From positions 5,642,001-5,706,000 of the forward strand of contig CP075492.1 of assembly GCA_021613535.1 (NCBI GenBank): DNA of 64,000 bases, in the 5' to 3' direction. Numbering within the stretch: position 1 is the first letter of the stretch; each line of letters starts with the position of its first letter. Below the pieces are notes generated by a model that searched no databases, had not been told where the DNA came from, and saw only the letters and a list, made by a program, of their open reading frames with translations. The position numbers and the translations under genes were made by a program. Of the stretch, positions 37,309 through 50,092 are shown one piece after another. Source of the stretch: Adineta vaga. Lineage: Eukaryota; Animalia; Rotifera.

Positions 37309-40300
37309 ATGATCGACGATTCATCTTCGGAAATTACCTGTTTATCAACATCTGGTTTAACATCATCTGATGTTGAAAATTCGAATCTAAATTTACCTAA
37401 TTCATTAAAGAAATCTGTAAAATTAATTCAAGTCTCTTCTCATAATAGTCAAAGTTCACTTGCTTCAAGTACTACATCAAAAACAAGTATACGACCATTA
37501 AACAAATATGAATCTGCTAAATTTGGTCAACATATTGAACAACAGTATAAAGCATTAGAGAGAAGTGAAATGCGATATTGTTATTATATTGAAGATTCAA
37601 AGATTTGTTTCTATGCCAGAGAACAATTGAAAAAAGCTGTCGATGGTATGTAATTCTTTGAAATGATTTCGAATATAATTGTATTTTTTTTCTCTATTAT
37701 TCAATCAATATAGGGACTTATTTCTTACGATCAGCTACTGATTCTGAACAACAGTCCAATATATTATACGTACTTTGTTTTGTCAGTCATAAGGAGACGG
37801 TTGATGTACCGATTTGTTACAATGAGGATCGTCGATCATTCTATTTTCTTTCAAGTAAAAATATTTTCAAAAACATTAGATCGATATTCCAAAAGATTTT
37901 CTTTAGGTTTTGGATTAGGTTCTGAAGTAACAGTTGAATATAATGGTATTGATTTGATGATATCTGATAAAGAAAGAAATCCATTTATTGGATTACAATA
38001 TCCATTTCAGATTTCTCTTTATCGTCCAATTGTCTTACATTCGGGAGTTTGTATACCATTACCTGATGAATTACGTTCATTAGATCGTGAAGATAATCTT
38101 CTTCATGACATAGCTAGTCGAGGTTTAACACATTATTTAAATGAATTAATTCTTATCTCACAAAATTATGATCATGCATTACGAGAAAAAGCTGAATATA
38201 TATTAAATAAAATCAATGCAAGAAATAAACAAGGTCTAACACCATTAATATTAGCTATTCAAGGAAAGAAATATAATTTTATTGATATGTTAATTGATAA
38301 TTCTGTTAATACGAATATTGTTGATGGACAAGGATGTTCACCTATTCATCATGCATGTCAACAAGCTAATTATAAAATTTTACAAAGATTAATTGAAGCA
38401 GGTGCTGATCCACATTATTTCAATCGAAAGTAAATTTTTAATAAAATCTTTCTCTTTGTTTCATTACATTTGATAATAACATTATTGTTTTTAGACAAAC
38501 GACAGATGAAAGATATCTATCAAATCTCTCTGCATTACATTATCTCGCGTTTGTTAAAATTAGAAATTCTTTTTGAAATTTCTCTGTATTTCGAAATTCT
38601 TTTTTCTCTTTTCAGAATGGCAAAAGATGCAACGACAACAGAAATTCAAAGATGTGCAATAATTCTTCTATTAGATTGTGGTTGTCCATTAATGTCATTA
38701 ACGAAAGATGGTAAATCACCATTTGATATTGCTCAAATGTATGAAAATCGCACATATGAATGTGTCAAGAGTTTCTCGGATATTTATCAATTTAATAGTA
38801 TAATACCAGTTGAAGTCTCATCTCGAAGTGAAGCAAAATCGATCTTAAGGGATTATACGTGTTCCAATCGAATCCACATATTAATATCACGTATCAAACA
38901 CTGTGATAATAGAGATTCCATACAAAATAAAGGTTTATTTTTATTCTATCGAACGAAGAAAACTCGAAGTCAATCGGATGAAGAATATGGTTTATGTGTT
39001 TACTATAATAAAAATGTAACTGTTTATCCGATTATAGAAGAACATATGGCTAATATTACAAATCTACCCAAAACTCCCTATGAAAGTTTCTATAATTATT
39101 CATTAAAAACAGATACACGAATAGATGATCATATTCAAGTAACTGTATTTCGATCATATGAAGAATTAATTTATAATTATACGAGATTTAAAGGAATATT
39201 ATCAACAAAATTAACATATTTTATTCAAAAAGAACGTGGTGAATGGAAAAGAACTAACGCAGCAGATTTAATTTTACCACCACGGGTGGATATTCCGTAA
39301 GTATTGTTTTTCGATAAGATTGTTTTTTGGAAATAATCTTACTATCGTTTATTTAGTGAACCTACTGATCTTGAGACCGCTGGTTCATTTGATATCGATG
39401 TTCGAAAAATTGAACGAATCGCTTTATCTGATATTCATTTAGCAACAATTATCGATGAGAATCGTCGTCGATTAATTTGGTTAGCAAAAGTTCAAAATAG
39501 TGACGATATTTCTTTTCCAATTATCATCAAAGACTACCTTCCAAAACATGATATTGATACTTATAAATCAAATCGATTCAAAGATTTCAACAGTCCTCCG
39601 CCATATGATGGTACTTTGGTCGAAATTGAAGATGAATATGAATATAATTCACGTGCTCGTCTTGAGTATCAGAATGAATCGAAAATCTTATTAACTACTT
39701 TGAAAAATCATCCATTTATTATTCATGCATTTGAATGTAATCGACGTGTCAAACGAGATCTACGAATATATATGGAATATTTACCTGATGGAAATCTTCA
39801 TTCGTATTTGAGAAAATTGAATCCAAAATCGATTGAACCATTAATCGATGCATTTCATTGGATCTATCAATTAGCACAAGTTATGGCATTTCTATTCACA
39901 AAGAAAATTGTTCATCGTGATTTAGCTACAAGAAATCTTTTACTACGAAACGAACAACATATAGTATTAAGTGATTTTGGTTTATCGCGTAGTGAAGGTG
40001 AAGTACTGAAGGGAAAAGAATGTGTTGTCTCACCATGTTGGGCAGCACCAGAATGTTTTACACGTGAACAAAAAGTTTCATCGTCGTCCGATGTTTGGGC
40101 ATTTGGTGTAGTTATTTGGGAAATGTTTTCATTTGGATCGAAACCATATGAAAAAGAAACAAACATCAATGAAAATACACATTCTCAACAAATCGTTTCG
40201 ATATTAAAAAAATTTTTAATTCAACAAGGTCGACGTTTAACGAAACCGGATAGTTGTTCCAATGGTATGTATGACTTAATGTGTCGCTGTTGGAATAATG

Positions 40301-40536
40301 ATGTTAGTCAACGACCGAGCTTTTTTGAAATAGTGGAAGAGTTGAATAATAATAGTATGATGAAAGATCGATTGAAATCCTTTTCAAAAGAAGAAAAACA
40401 AGCATGGAAAGATGCAAGGAGCGAATATACATTGATCAAAAATTCATTTTCAACTGATCCTAATCCGTCTCCTGGTGGTTATATAGACGCAGCAGCGTTT
40501 CAATCTGATTTTCCAGGTCAAAGTGAAGCAAAATAA
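37309..40536 (+). CDS. SHARK/HTK16-like non-receptor tyrosine kinase (degenerate SH2 - ankyrin repeats - degenerate SH2 - TK)
   Basis: SH2-like GTYFLRSA, ankyrin repeats (GLTPLILAI, GCSPIHHAC, GKSPFDIA), second SH2-like GLFLFYRT, and kinase motifs HRDLATRN, DFG, WAAPE, SDVWAFGV, FGSKPY. Confidence 0.8.
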
Positions 40537-40669
40537 TGCAGAAACTAAACTTTTCTTTTTCTAGTTATTTCATGTTTTTATGAATAAACGAGATGAGAAA
40601 TACAAAAAAAGAAAACAGAAATGAACTTTTGTTACGAAATAACATAAAACACAGAAGAATTGATCTGAT

Positions 40670-40959
40670 TCAACCAAGTCGTTCAAGTGCTTCAATCATG
40701 AGAACACTATTTCCACGAGCGACAACCATACCAATCGGACGTTTTTCACCAGTTTTAACAGCTTCATAGGCTTCATCAATAACTAAATTCATAAATGGAT
40801 CAAAACCTCGAAGAACACCAACAACTGTTCGATTTCCATTTAGTTTTAATTGACATTGTTTATCCATAAATTTCTTCAATTCAGGAGGATTTGCTTTACC
40901 TATAATAAATATTCATTTACACAAAGAAGTCAAATGATTTCAAGAAATTTACCACTCAT
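40670..40959 (-). CDS. SNRPG: Small nuclear ribonucleoprotein Sm G, 2 exons
   Basis: MSG|[42 protein letters not shown]...[21 protein letters not shown]. Confidence 0.95.
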
Positions 40960-41734
40960 ATTTACGAATAACGAATGTTTTGAAAGTAAATTCGAGTAGT
41001 TACTTCTATCCAAGCAATGCACAAAAAAAGATATATAGAGACAGACAGAGTTGAAAGAAAAAAAGACATTTCACAATACCACCATTGCGAATCAAATCAA
41101 ATTAAAGCAATAGATGTCGCTTGTATACACAAAACGTTTAGATAATCGAAAAGTTAACTTAATTAAGGTAAATCGAAGTTTATCATTGAAAATATCAAGA
41201 ACTCTTGTCACATAGAGACATTCAATAATGTACGTATATCAATTCTACGTTTGGTTGTAAATGTACTGATAGAATACAAAGTATTAAACTTTCAGTTCAA
41301 TTACTTCCGAGGATAATATAATGAAAATGATCGAAATGATGCATAAACAGTTTGAACAGCACAATACGTATAAAATTTTTATCAAAACATTTCTAAATTG
41401 TTTTTTTCGTTTGTACAATTCAGAATTGAGATAAGACAGTTGTAAAACCATGTATAGTATAAATACTGATAAGAGAGCGAATGATAAATGGCACATTCTT
41501 AAGTACTACTTATTGCTATCTGCTTAAAAACTTAAAAGACCTTCAAATCAATTGAATTCTTCAAGATTATAATAAAACAAAACTTTAATATATACTGGTA
41601 ATGAACGCCCTCTTTTCCTACGTGAAGGCAAGGCAATCGTGAATTTTTCGTACAATGGTGAAAGGTTTAAATTTTATAATCGCGTCGTGTCGCGAAATAT
41701 TCCTTCCTTTTTTTAACAGATCTATTTTCCATCC

Positions 41735-42916
41735 ATGTCGTCTCGCGTTGAACATTACCTCACAGAACGTAAAGCAATCGGTGGTTCATTAGCAAATGAT
41801 TGGCTTGAATTTGAATCTCTTTATCAAAGTCGTCTTTGGCATGAATTAACCCTGCGTGTCACATCATTTGTTCATCGTGAAGAACTTCAACAAGGTGATC
41901 AATTGAAATCATTTTATGAAAATTTTCTGTCAGATTTCGAACATCGTATTAATCAATTGGCATTAGTTGAAATAATCATTCCAATTTCGCGTACATTCAA
42001 ACAAGTGGATGAAGCAATACAATTTATCAAACAAGTACGTGAAAAAGTTAAAGCAAATTCACTTGCTGTTTTACTTTGTGATATTACAATTGGAAAAGCA
42101 TATTTAGTAACAAAGAATTTAAATGAAACCAAAGCAATCATTGAAGATTTAACACCGAAATTCGAAGAATTAGATCATTTAACAACAGTTCATTCGAGAT
42201 TTTATGATTTAGCATCGAATTATTATCGTGTCATGGGTAATCATAGTGATTATTATCAAAATGCATTGAAATACCTTGGTAAAAGAAAACTTAATTAAAA
42301 TTTAACTAAAATTTGTTTGATTTTTCAAGGTTGTATCGATATTTCATCGATGGTTTTAAAAGAAAAGGCTGAACGAGCATTTAATCTTGGTTTAGCTGCC
42401 TTACTAGCTGAAAATGTTTATAATTTCGGTGAAATTCTTCAACATCCTGTTCTTGATGCATTGAAAAATACACGTGAACAATGGTTAATTGATCTCTTAC
42501 AAGCATTTAATATTGGTGATGTCGAAAAATATGAAGCATTAAAACCTGTTTGGCAAATTCAACCGGATCTTCGTGTTGCTGAAGAAATTTTAAAACGAAA
42601 AATTACATTACTTTGTCTAATGGATATGATATTTGTTGCCGGTGGTGTACGTGCTTTAAGTTTTACTGATGTTGCTACACGAACGAAATTATCGCCTGAA
42701 CAAGTTGAATTGTTAGCTATGCAAGCTTTATCTTTAGGTTTAATTCGAGGAAATATCGATCAAGTTGATGAAAAATTGAATATGCATTGGGTGAAACCAC
42801 GTGTATTAGATTTAAGACAAGTTGGTACATTAAAAAAACGATTAGATCAATGGACAAATGATGTAAAACAAATGTCGTCATTAGTTGAACATCAAGCAGA
42901 AGATATTCTTTCATAA
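41735..42916 (+). CDS. PSMD13: 26S proteasome regulatory subunit Rpn9, 2 exons
   Basis: LYQSRLWHELT, FEHRINQLALVEI, YYQNALKYLG|C, NFGEILQHPVL, C-terminal PCI with WVKPRVLD. Confidence 0.95.
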
Positions 42917-43033
42917 GTTATTGTATTTATATCAACATTATCTTCTTTTTTCTTTTAGTTTCAATTTGTTAAAAACAAGATGTTTAGATAAAAAATAAAC
43001 AAGAAAATAGAGATTTTATTCTAATAGTTCTCT

Positions 43034-45000
43034 TTAAAAATATGGTTCATTTTGAAATGAAAATCCATAGGTATTACAATGTTTCTGTATTTCACTTGCA
43101 ATGATTCTATTTCCAGTAAAAAACACATTCGTCGTTCGATAATCAACTTTGAAGTTTGCAAAAAGTAATTTCCGTAGCGGTCGTCCAACATGTGTTCGTG
43201 TTTTTAATTGTGTATCCATATCTTCATGTTGAATAACTTCATACATATTTCCTACGAGATTACAAGGAAGATTTGCTAACATCGCTTTTTCATTATTTCG
43301 TATTGATGTACAATAAAGATGAATATCAGGATTACGTGTTTGTTGTTCATGTGAATTCATCATGGTTGCTAGATATGATTCTTGTTCATTTTCAAATTCT
43401 TCAAGAATATTTCGAAACCAGGACATATTTTCAATATTTCGAATGGATAATAACTGGTTGATACACAATGAAAAGATAAACATCGTTGATTTCGTAATTG
43501 ATAAACCAAACTTTCCAAAGCACTTATATATGGAGTAATATCAATACCTGTACCAATCAAAACCACATGTTCACAATCGAATATATATGATGTACAAGTA
43601 CTAAATGGACCTTCGATACAAATAATTGCATCTTTTTCATTCTTGTCTATTTTCATTTCTTTTGGATATATAAATTCTGATCTAATTGAAATCATATTTT
43701 CTAAATATTCATAAATTTTTCTTGTCCAATTTTGTTTTTTCATTATCGTTAAACGAAGAATATTCTTCTGTTGTGGAGCACTACATATTGTAAATGGATG
43801 CCATTCATTTCGAACTAAAGAAATTGTCTACTTCCAAAAATCTTTCGCATGAATGACAAGTAAGATAAATATTGGCCAAAATAAATAATGAGTATAACGA
43901 AATAATTGAAAATAACCTGAACGTCGGCGAATGCATTGTTATGAACAGATAAACATTAGAATTAGTGATACAAATAAAATATCATCAGTTATTGTAGCTG
44001 AATGACTTACCCATCCGATTTCAGCTACCTTAGTAAACATTGATGCTAACCATGAATATCCTATACAACAAGACATTTATCATTGAGAAGAAAAACAAAA
44101 GAAATAACTCGTCTATATTCTTACCTTTAGAATCAGTTGCAAAATATATCGCATGAGCAAATGAATGATTCATTGCAGAGACAAATAATACTGTTCCAAC
44201 AAAACGATGTGCATCGATATAATCATCAACAGGAATAAATAAACGAAGATAATATAATCGTCGTATAATAGTCATCGTTTGTTTAAGCATTAAACTAATT
44301 GCAAGTGCATAATTAAAGTTAATTAATATACCACCGATGCGTGCAAAAATTTGCCATATTGAATGATTTTTCAAGATTAAAGCTCGATAAAGAATTAAGA
44401 CGATTAAATATAAGATGTATAGAATAAGAAAATTAAGACGATTTATATTATTTTTTGCGTACATCCAACATTGTTGAATAAAACCGATTTCTTCTTGTTC
44501 GCTCGTGTCTTGATCAGGAATACTAATAAGATATAGAGATTGAAAGACGGATGGATTTCTTTGTAAAATTTGCATTCCGAAAGAAACGCTTCATAAAATA
44601 AACGAATATTATCGATAGAAATCTTCTCTCGATTTTGATAATCAAATAATTTGAAAAGTATAAAAGCTTCGATAGACATTGGTGATATCCAAAGAAGACG
44701 AGCAATACGAATGATGAAAGTAGAATTCGGATTTGAAATTATAGGAAAAAATTTACTTAGTATAGGTGTTATTTGAAAAAGACGGGCAAATTTTTCTAGC
44801 GTAAAGAGTTTTTGACTTATATCATCGTTGAAATATCGATGAAAATGATGTTGATGTTCACTAGATATAGATTCATTAAGTAAATTATTGAATTGTGGTC
44901 GAATGATTTCACCAGATAAGATCGTTCGACGATCATTTATATGATAATTTCTGTAATCTAAGACGATAAAGATTTTTTGAATATTAAATAACAAATTGTC
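43034..45000 (-). pseudogene. NOX5: Decayed NOX5-like NADPH oxidase
   Basis: Recognisable EF-hand-like, ferric-reductase TM (ARIGG..NFNYAL; GWVSHSATIT...LMFICS*QCIRRRSGYFQLFRYTH), FAD (EWHPFTICS) and NADPH (IEGPF..., LIGTGIDITP) segments. Lesions: in-frame stop at 43939-43941, frameshifts near ~44560, ~43890 and ~43480, and a large deletion before EWHPFT. Confidence 0.8.
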
Positions 45001-45466
45001 TGAAACTTAGAAAGATAAGGATTTTGATTGACGAGTATATGATAATCTTTCTTGTAATTTCCATCGTGAAATTACCTCTGGAAGTGAAAATCGATTTGTT
45101 TTTCTACAATCATTACGATCTATTTTTATTATAAAAGATATATAAATTCACGGAATATCTGTATTCAAATCGACCATTTGTTCGTTTCGAAAAAGTGAAA
45201 AAAGGATACTATATATTTATTCTATTCGATAAGGACATGAAAATCATGGAAATTTGAGTAAAATCAAAGTTATTACTCACAATGAAACTGTATTTTATTT
45301 CCATCAGTCAAATGAAATGTTACGTGTTCTTTTTATCAATATCATATATTTCAGCTTAGCAAAACTAATATTATTCTGTAATCTGAGTTGTTTCAATAAT
45401 CCACATAGTCACTTCCTTTCCAACACTATAAATGTACAGCATTTCAGAGCCGTGAATATTCACAAA

Positions 45467-46233
45467 ATGAAACTTTTACAATGTGTCTTTTATTTAACAA
45501 TCATTTTCACTGCTACATTTTGCGGAGAAGTTCCTTTAGACAACAATGATTATTTCAATTCGAATCCAATAGCACCTAGTCGTCTTGAAGCATTGAAAAA
45601 TTCTTATAGCAAATTAAATTTTCTTTCGAAAACAAATCCATCAGATTTCATTTTCGATTTTAGCAGAGCAATATCTGGTGTTTCTCACGGAACGGGTGGT
45701 CGAACAATATCAGCAACTGTAATGAAATCGTTTCATTTCAAATCAAAATACTATAATAACTTGTTTGTTTTTAGTCTTCGAATTTTCCTGGTCTTATCAA
45801 TCATGGAATAGCAATGACAGTTGCTTATCTAGGTCCATGTGGTATCAATCTTCCACATACACATATACGAGCAACGGAAATTGTTTTTTCTATTAATGGA
45901 AATTTTCAAATTGGATTTTTACAAGAAAATGGTGCGAACTTTATTCTTAATGAGTTACATCCAAATCAAGCAGCTATATTTCCTCAAGGTGCTATTCATT
46001 TTGTACAAAATCTTAATTGTGTACCAGCGACATTTGTTGCAGCATTTAATAATGAAGATCCTGGTGTATTAACTATTTCAGACAGTTTTTTTGGTTCATT
46101 ACCAGCAACAGTAGTTGGAGCGACACTTGGTGGATTGAATATTACATCAATTAATGATATTCGATTGCAACTAGCAAAAAATCCTTCAATTGGAATAGAG
46201 GAATGTCGAAGACGATGTGGTCTTCAAAAATGA
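45467..46233 (+). CDS. Secreted germin/spherulin-like cupin, 2 exons (HGT candidate)
   Basis: Signal peptide; SDFIFDF; intron 45719-45774; germin box GPCGINLPHTHIRATE and FPQGAIHF; C-terminal ECRRRCGL. Confidence 0.9.
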
Positions 46234-48732
46234 AGAAAAAAAGTACATTGTTTTTTTTTTCATTTTTCTTAGAGGAAATAAATCGCAACATAGTAAAATA
46301 CACAATTCTAAGTTCAATTACATGAAACTAATAAGAAAGTACCAGTTTATTGTCAACTGAGTTCATTGTGATCTTTATAGAAATTTTTAAAAGACAAATC
46401 AATTAGAAATGATTTAATTGTATTATTGATAGAAAATATCCTAAGCACTAATTTAGTTTTTATAATTCATATGTAACATATGCAAGAGATGATAAAATCG
46501 TATCTTGATGTAGAAATGACGATCTCCTTCGGAGCATTTAGTTTGAACTTAAATTTGACTCTTAAATCCAACTGTTTCTATTTTGTGATAAACAAATTTC
46601 AAGTATCGTATAATTTATCAACGTTATATTGCATATATTATGTTTATAGTCAATGCTTAATGTTTGGTGAACTACATTTAGAACGTATTCAAGTACCCAG
46701 AAGATATAGTTTAAAATCTAGAACTTATTCTTTCGCATTAAAATTATTTCATGCATATACTATTGTGAAATAAAGTGATTATTTCACTTGAAGGAACAGG
46801 AAACTAAACATTAAAATTTCTATTCATACAATGTAATGAAAACATCATCGATGGTAGTATGCAAGCAGATCAATCAGTATAGTATGGACGTTTATACAAT
46901 TATAGTTTGATATGGTGTCGAATTGAAAGAATTCGATTCCAACGTACATATCAATCAGTCTGTCACACGTAAGAATTGACCTTTGCTGAAAAACTTTCTA
47001 GGAGAAGAAGAAAACGTCGTTATACTTACTATTTCCTATGGATTTTACATTAACCTTTCTCTTTTTTTTCCGTCAATGTTTTCATTAGATATACAATCGC
47101 GTATAGATTATCATGAGTTTCTGGAGAAATATGATATCGAAATGACGTCTCGAAGCAAAAATTTTAAAAGATTAATGAGTTTGAAATTCTGTATGTAAAT
47201 AATTTTAGTTCTGAATGATGAAAAAAGAAAAGAAAGAGAAAACAATTTGATCATCAATATAAATTTCAACGTCCGTTGACAAATGTTTAGTAACTGATTG
47301 AGACATTATTTCGATTAGTCATTATCAATATCCGTTTCCATATGTCAAACAATAGTGTTTTATTGAAGCGTAGATAAGAATATTTCAATAGGATTTATAG
47401 AGAGACTTTTTTTTTCTCACAAATAGAAGTGTTCTTGACAAGTTAAAAAAAAAGTATATGAAATAGGAGAAAATATTAAAAAGAAAGACGAAGAAAAGAT
47501 AATTACGATAATTTTCCTACATGCTATTTTTTCCTTGAGTGGTCTTTTAGTATAATAAATGCAAAGGAATAGATAATTATGCTCAAATAGGTGAAAGAAA
47601 ACCTCTCCGAAAATGATGTATTGTTAGACTTCTCACGAGTTGCATGATATTTCTTTTCTATTATTCAAATATATTAAATGATACTCAATCAAAACCTTTA
47701 TAAAACAATCATTTCTTTTTCTTTTTTTTTTCGTAGCCTACACATCAGTTTTCTTTTAATTATTCTTTCTTCGTTCATAGTCAGAGAATGTTTTTTTGTA
47801 TATATATATAATCCTCTCATATTTGATCGATATGTGCGTAAAATTACTCAATTTTAATATGATAGTAGTTTATAAAAATAGTCTTTAGAGAATCTAATTA
47901 ATATCATCTCATTTATTCTTTGACTTTATTCAAATTCTAATGTTCAACATACAAGCCTATTAAATAAAGAAGTTCTAATCCGTGCGTGCAATTCGACCGG
48001 ATATATTAGCAAAAATTTAATTAACTCAAACTATGTGTTTTTACGGTGAAATCTAGGAGAAAATGACGTGATGTTACGCTTAACTTTTTCTCAACAAGAA
48101 TGAAAGATTAGATATCGATTATTTGCTTTGTTTTTACTTAAAAATATTTCAATCAAATTTGTTCTTTAGTTTTTTTTGTTTTTCATGTAAGTAGAGATAG
48201 GAATATTTCTCGTCAACCAATTCATCGTTTTTGTAATGTCAATCATTTTTCCGATATCTCGATTTTCCTCTTTTCGTATCATTATAAGTTTCTTTGTCGA
48301 TAATCTAATCATTTCGATACCATTGATTTAATTGTAAAAGAACAGAAATAGAACAAAACCATATATTATCATAGCGAAGAATCTTTTTCTCGTTCTCATC
48401 ATCAAATTGCCAGAAGAAAAACGCACGACAATAGAAAAAATAACGAGCGCAAAAAACTAACTAGAGAAAGATTGACGCTAAAATATAGATTTCACATCGT
48501 ATTCCTTCACCGATCTTCTCATTCGTATCAAATAACATGAAATTAACTAACCACCTACATGATGAACAAGAATAGAATATATAATAGTTTCTCATTAGTG
48601 TGATATTTAGCGTAAGCTAATTCTCATTCTAGTATGTATTCAACTTTAGCTATTAGAATTTCCTCTATCATTTTACAATGATTCTCATATGATCTCTAGT
48701 TCGTTTTAGTTTATATATAGACATATAGATGT

Positions 48733-48757
48733 ATATATATATATATATATATATATA
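48733..48757. repeat. (TA)n microsatellite
   Basis: Direct reading: tatatatat atatatatat atatata. Confidence 0.85.
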
Positions 48758-50092
48758 ACAATATTCGGAAATAAACTGATAATAAGCGACGATGTTGCCC
48801 GCAAGCGATTCTCATCAATCATTTTTCTTCATATGTTGTCACAAACATGTTGAATACAATAATTTAAATAACAAAAACAACAGCAGTTTCAACTTATTCT
48901 CATTACTAAGTTCTTTTTTTTGCTTCGTTTATATTACTAAAACAAAAGATCAACAATTTATCTTTTAGATACTTTTCTTTTTGTTTCTTTTCAAATTAGA
49001 ATCCTATTAGAGATAGTAGGAAAATTACTTACATGCAAATAAATCTGATTATCTAGGGTTACCAATTAACATATTGAAGTATGAAACCTCTTGTGTCTAA
49101 TCAGCGCAGACGCATCGGACAGTTTTCTTCTAGTTTCATGTTTATAGTCTAAATGACATTGAGTTTCCGTTTTTCTTTTTCATTCTTAAAAAAGAAAACA
49201 ACAAGAACAAATTGAGATAATATCATTGATACCGATTCCATCTTTCGTTCTCGTTATTTTTCTTTCAAAAAAAATTGGCACATTATCGCAAGTTAGTTGC
49301 AGCAATTATCATGTTTATAAATCAGCAAAAACAATCTACACCCAGAAATGTCAATCATATCTCTATGTTCGTCTGCTCTTCTGACACTACTTATCCTTCG
49401 TACATAACAGCAGGAAAAGAAGAAGAAGAAGAAACGAGAAATCTTATAGTTTCTTATCTGAGATTTCCGACTCGATGCTTTTTGAATTCAGTTAGCTAAG
49501 TGAGTTAAGAGTATTTATTTAATTTATTCATCGTTGATTAACTGAACAATAAACTTTTATCTTGAAGTATTCATTCCAATTTAGATTTATCTATCTCGAA
49601 AGATAACTTCTCATCATTTTTATTATTATTATTATTATTCTTTTTCTTTCTATTTCTATTTCTTGTCATTGTCTGAATTTTTTATATCGTAAAAGCTGAC
49701 ATATATTAAAGAATACTAATAATCCAGAGACACCTGCTATGCCTGGTTTATACCCATCAAATTAAGTTTTTTTTTCATTATGATTCTTAGGCACTTAGTA
49801 TTTATAGTTTTTCTTGCATATCCATCATTCATTCAACACAAATATCTCCTAAAAGAAAAGAAGACGAATAAGAAGAAGAAGAAGAAAAGAAGAAAAAAAA
49901 TATAAGAAAATTCCTACAAGTTTTCTTGCTCGTTTTTTTTTCTTCTCAACTGATTTAGTTATTATTAAGACAACATAGCACTTTTTTTCGCACATCTCCA
50001 GAGAAATATATCACATATGTTATCGTAATCAAACAAATGAGGAGAGGGAAAAAATAAACCTTTGTTTTTTTGTTTTAGATTAATATTAGATC

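Noticed and set aside
45254-45466. N-terminal extension of the germin ORF from a TTG start
   Set aside because: Eukaryotic gene; the ATG at 45467 directly precedes a clean signal peptide.
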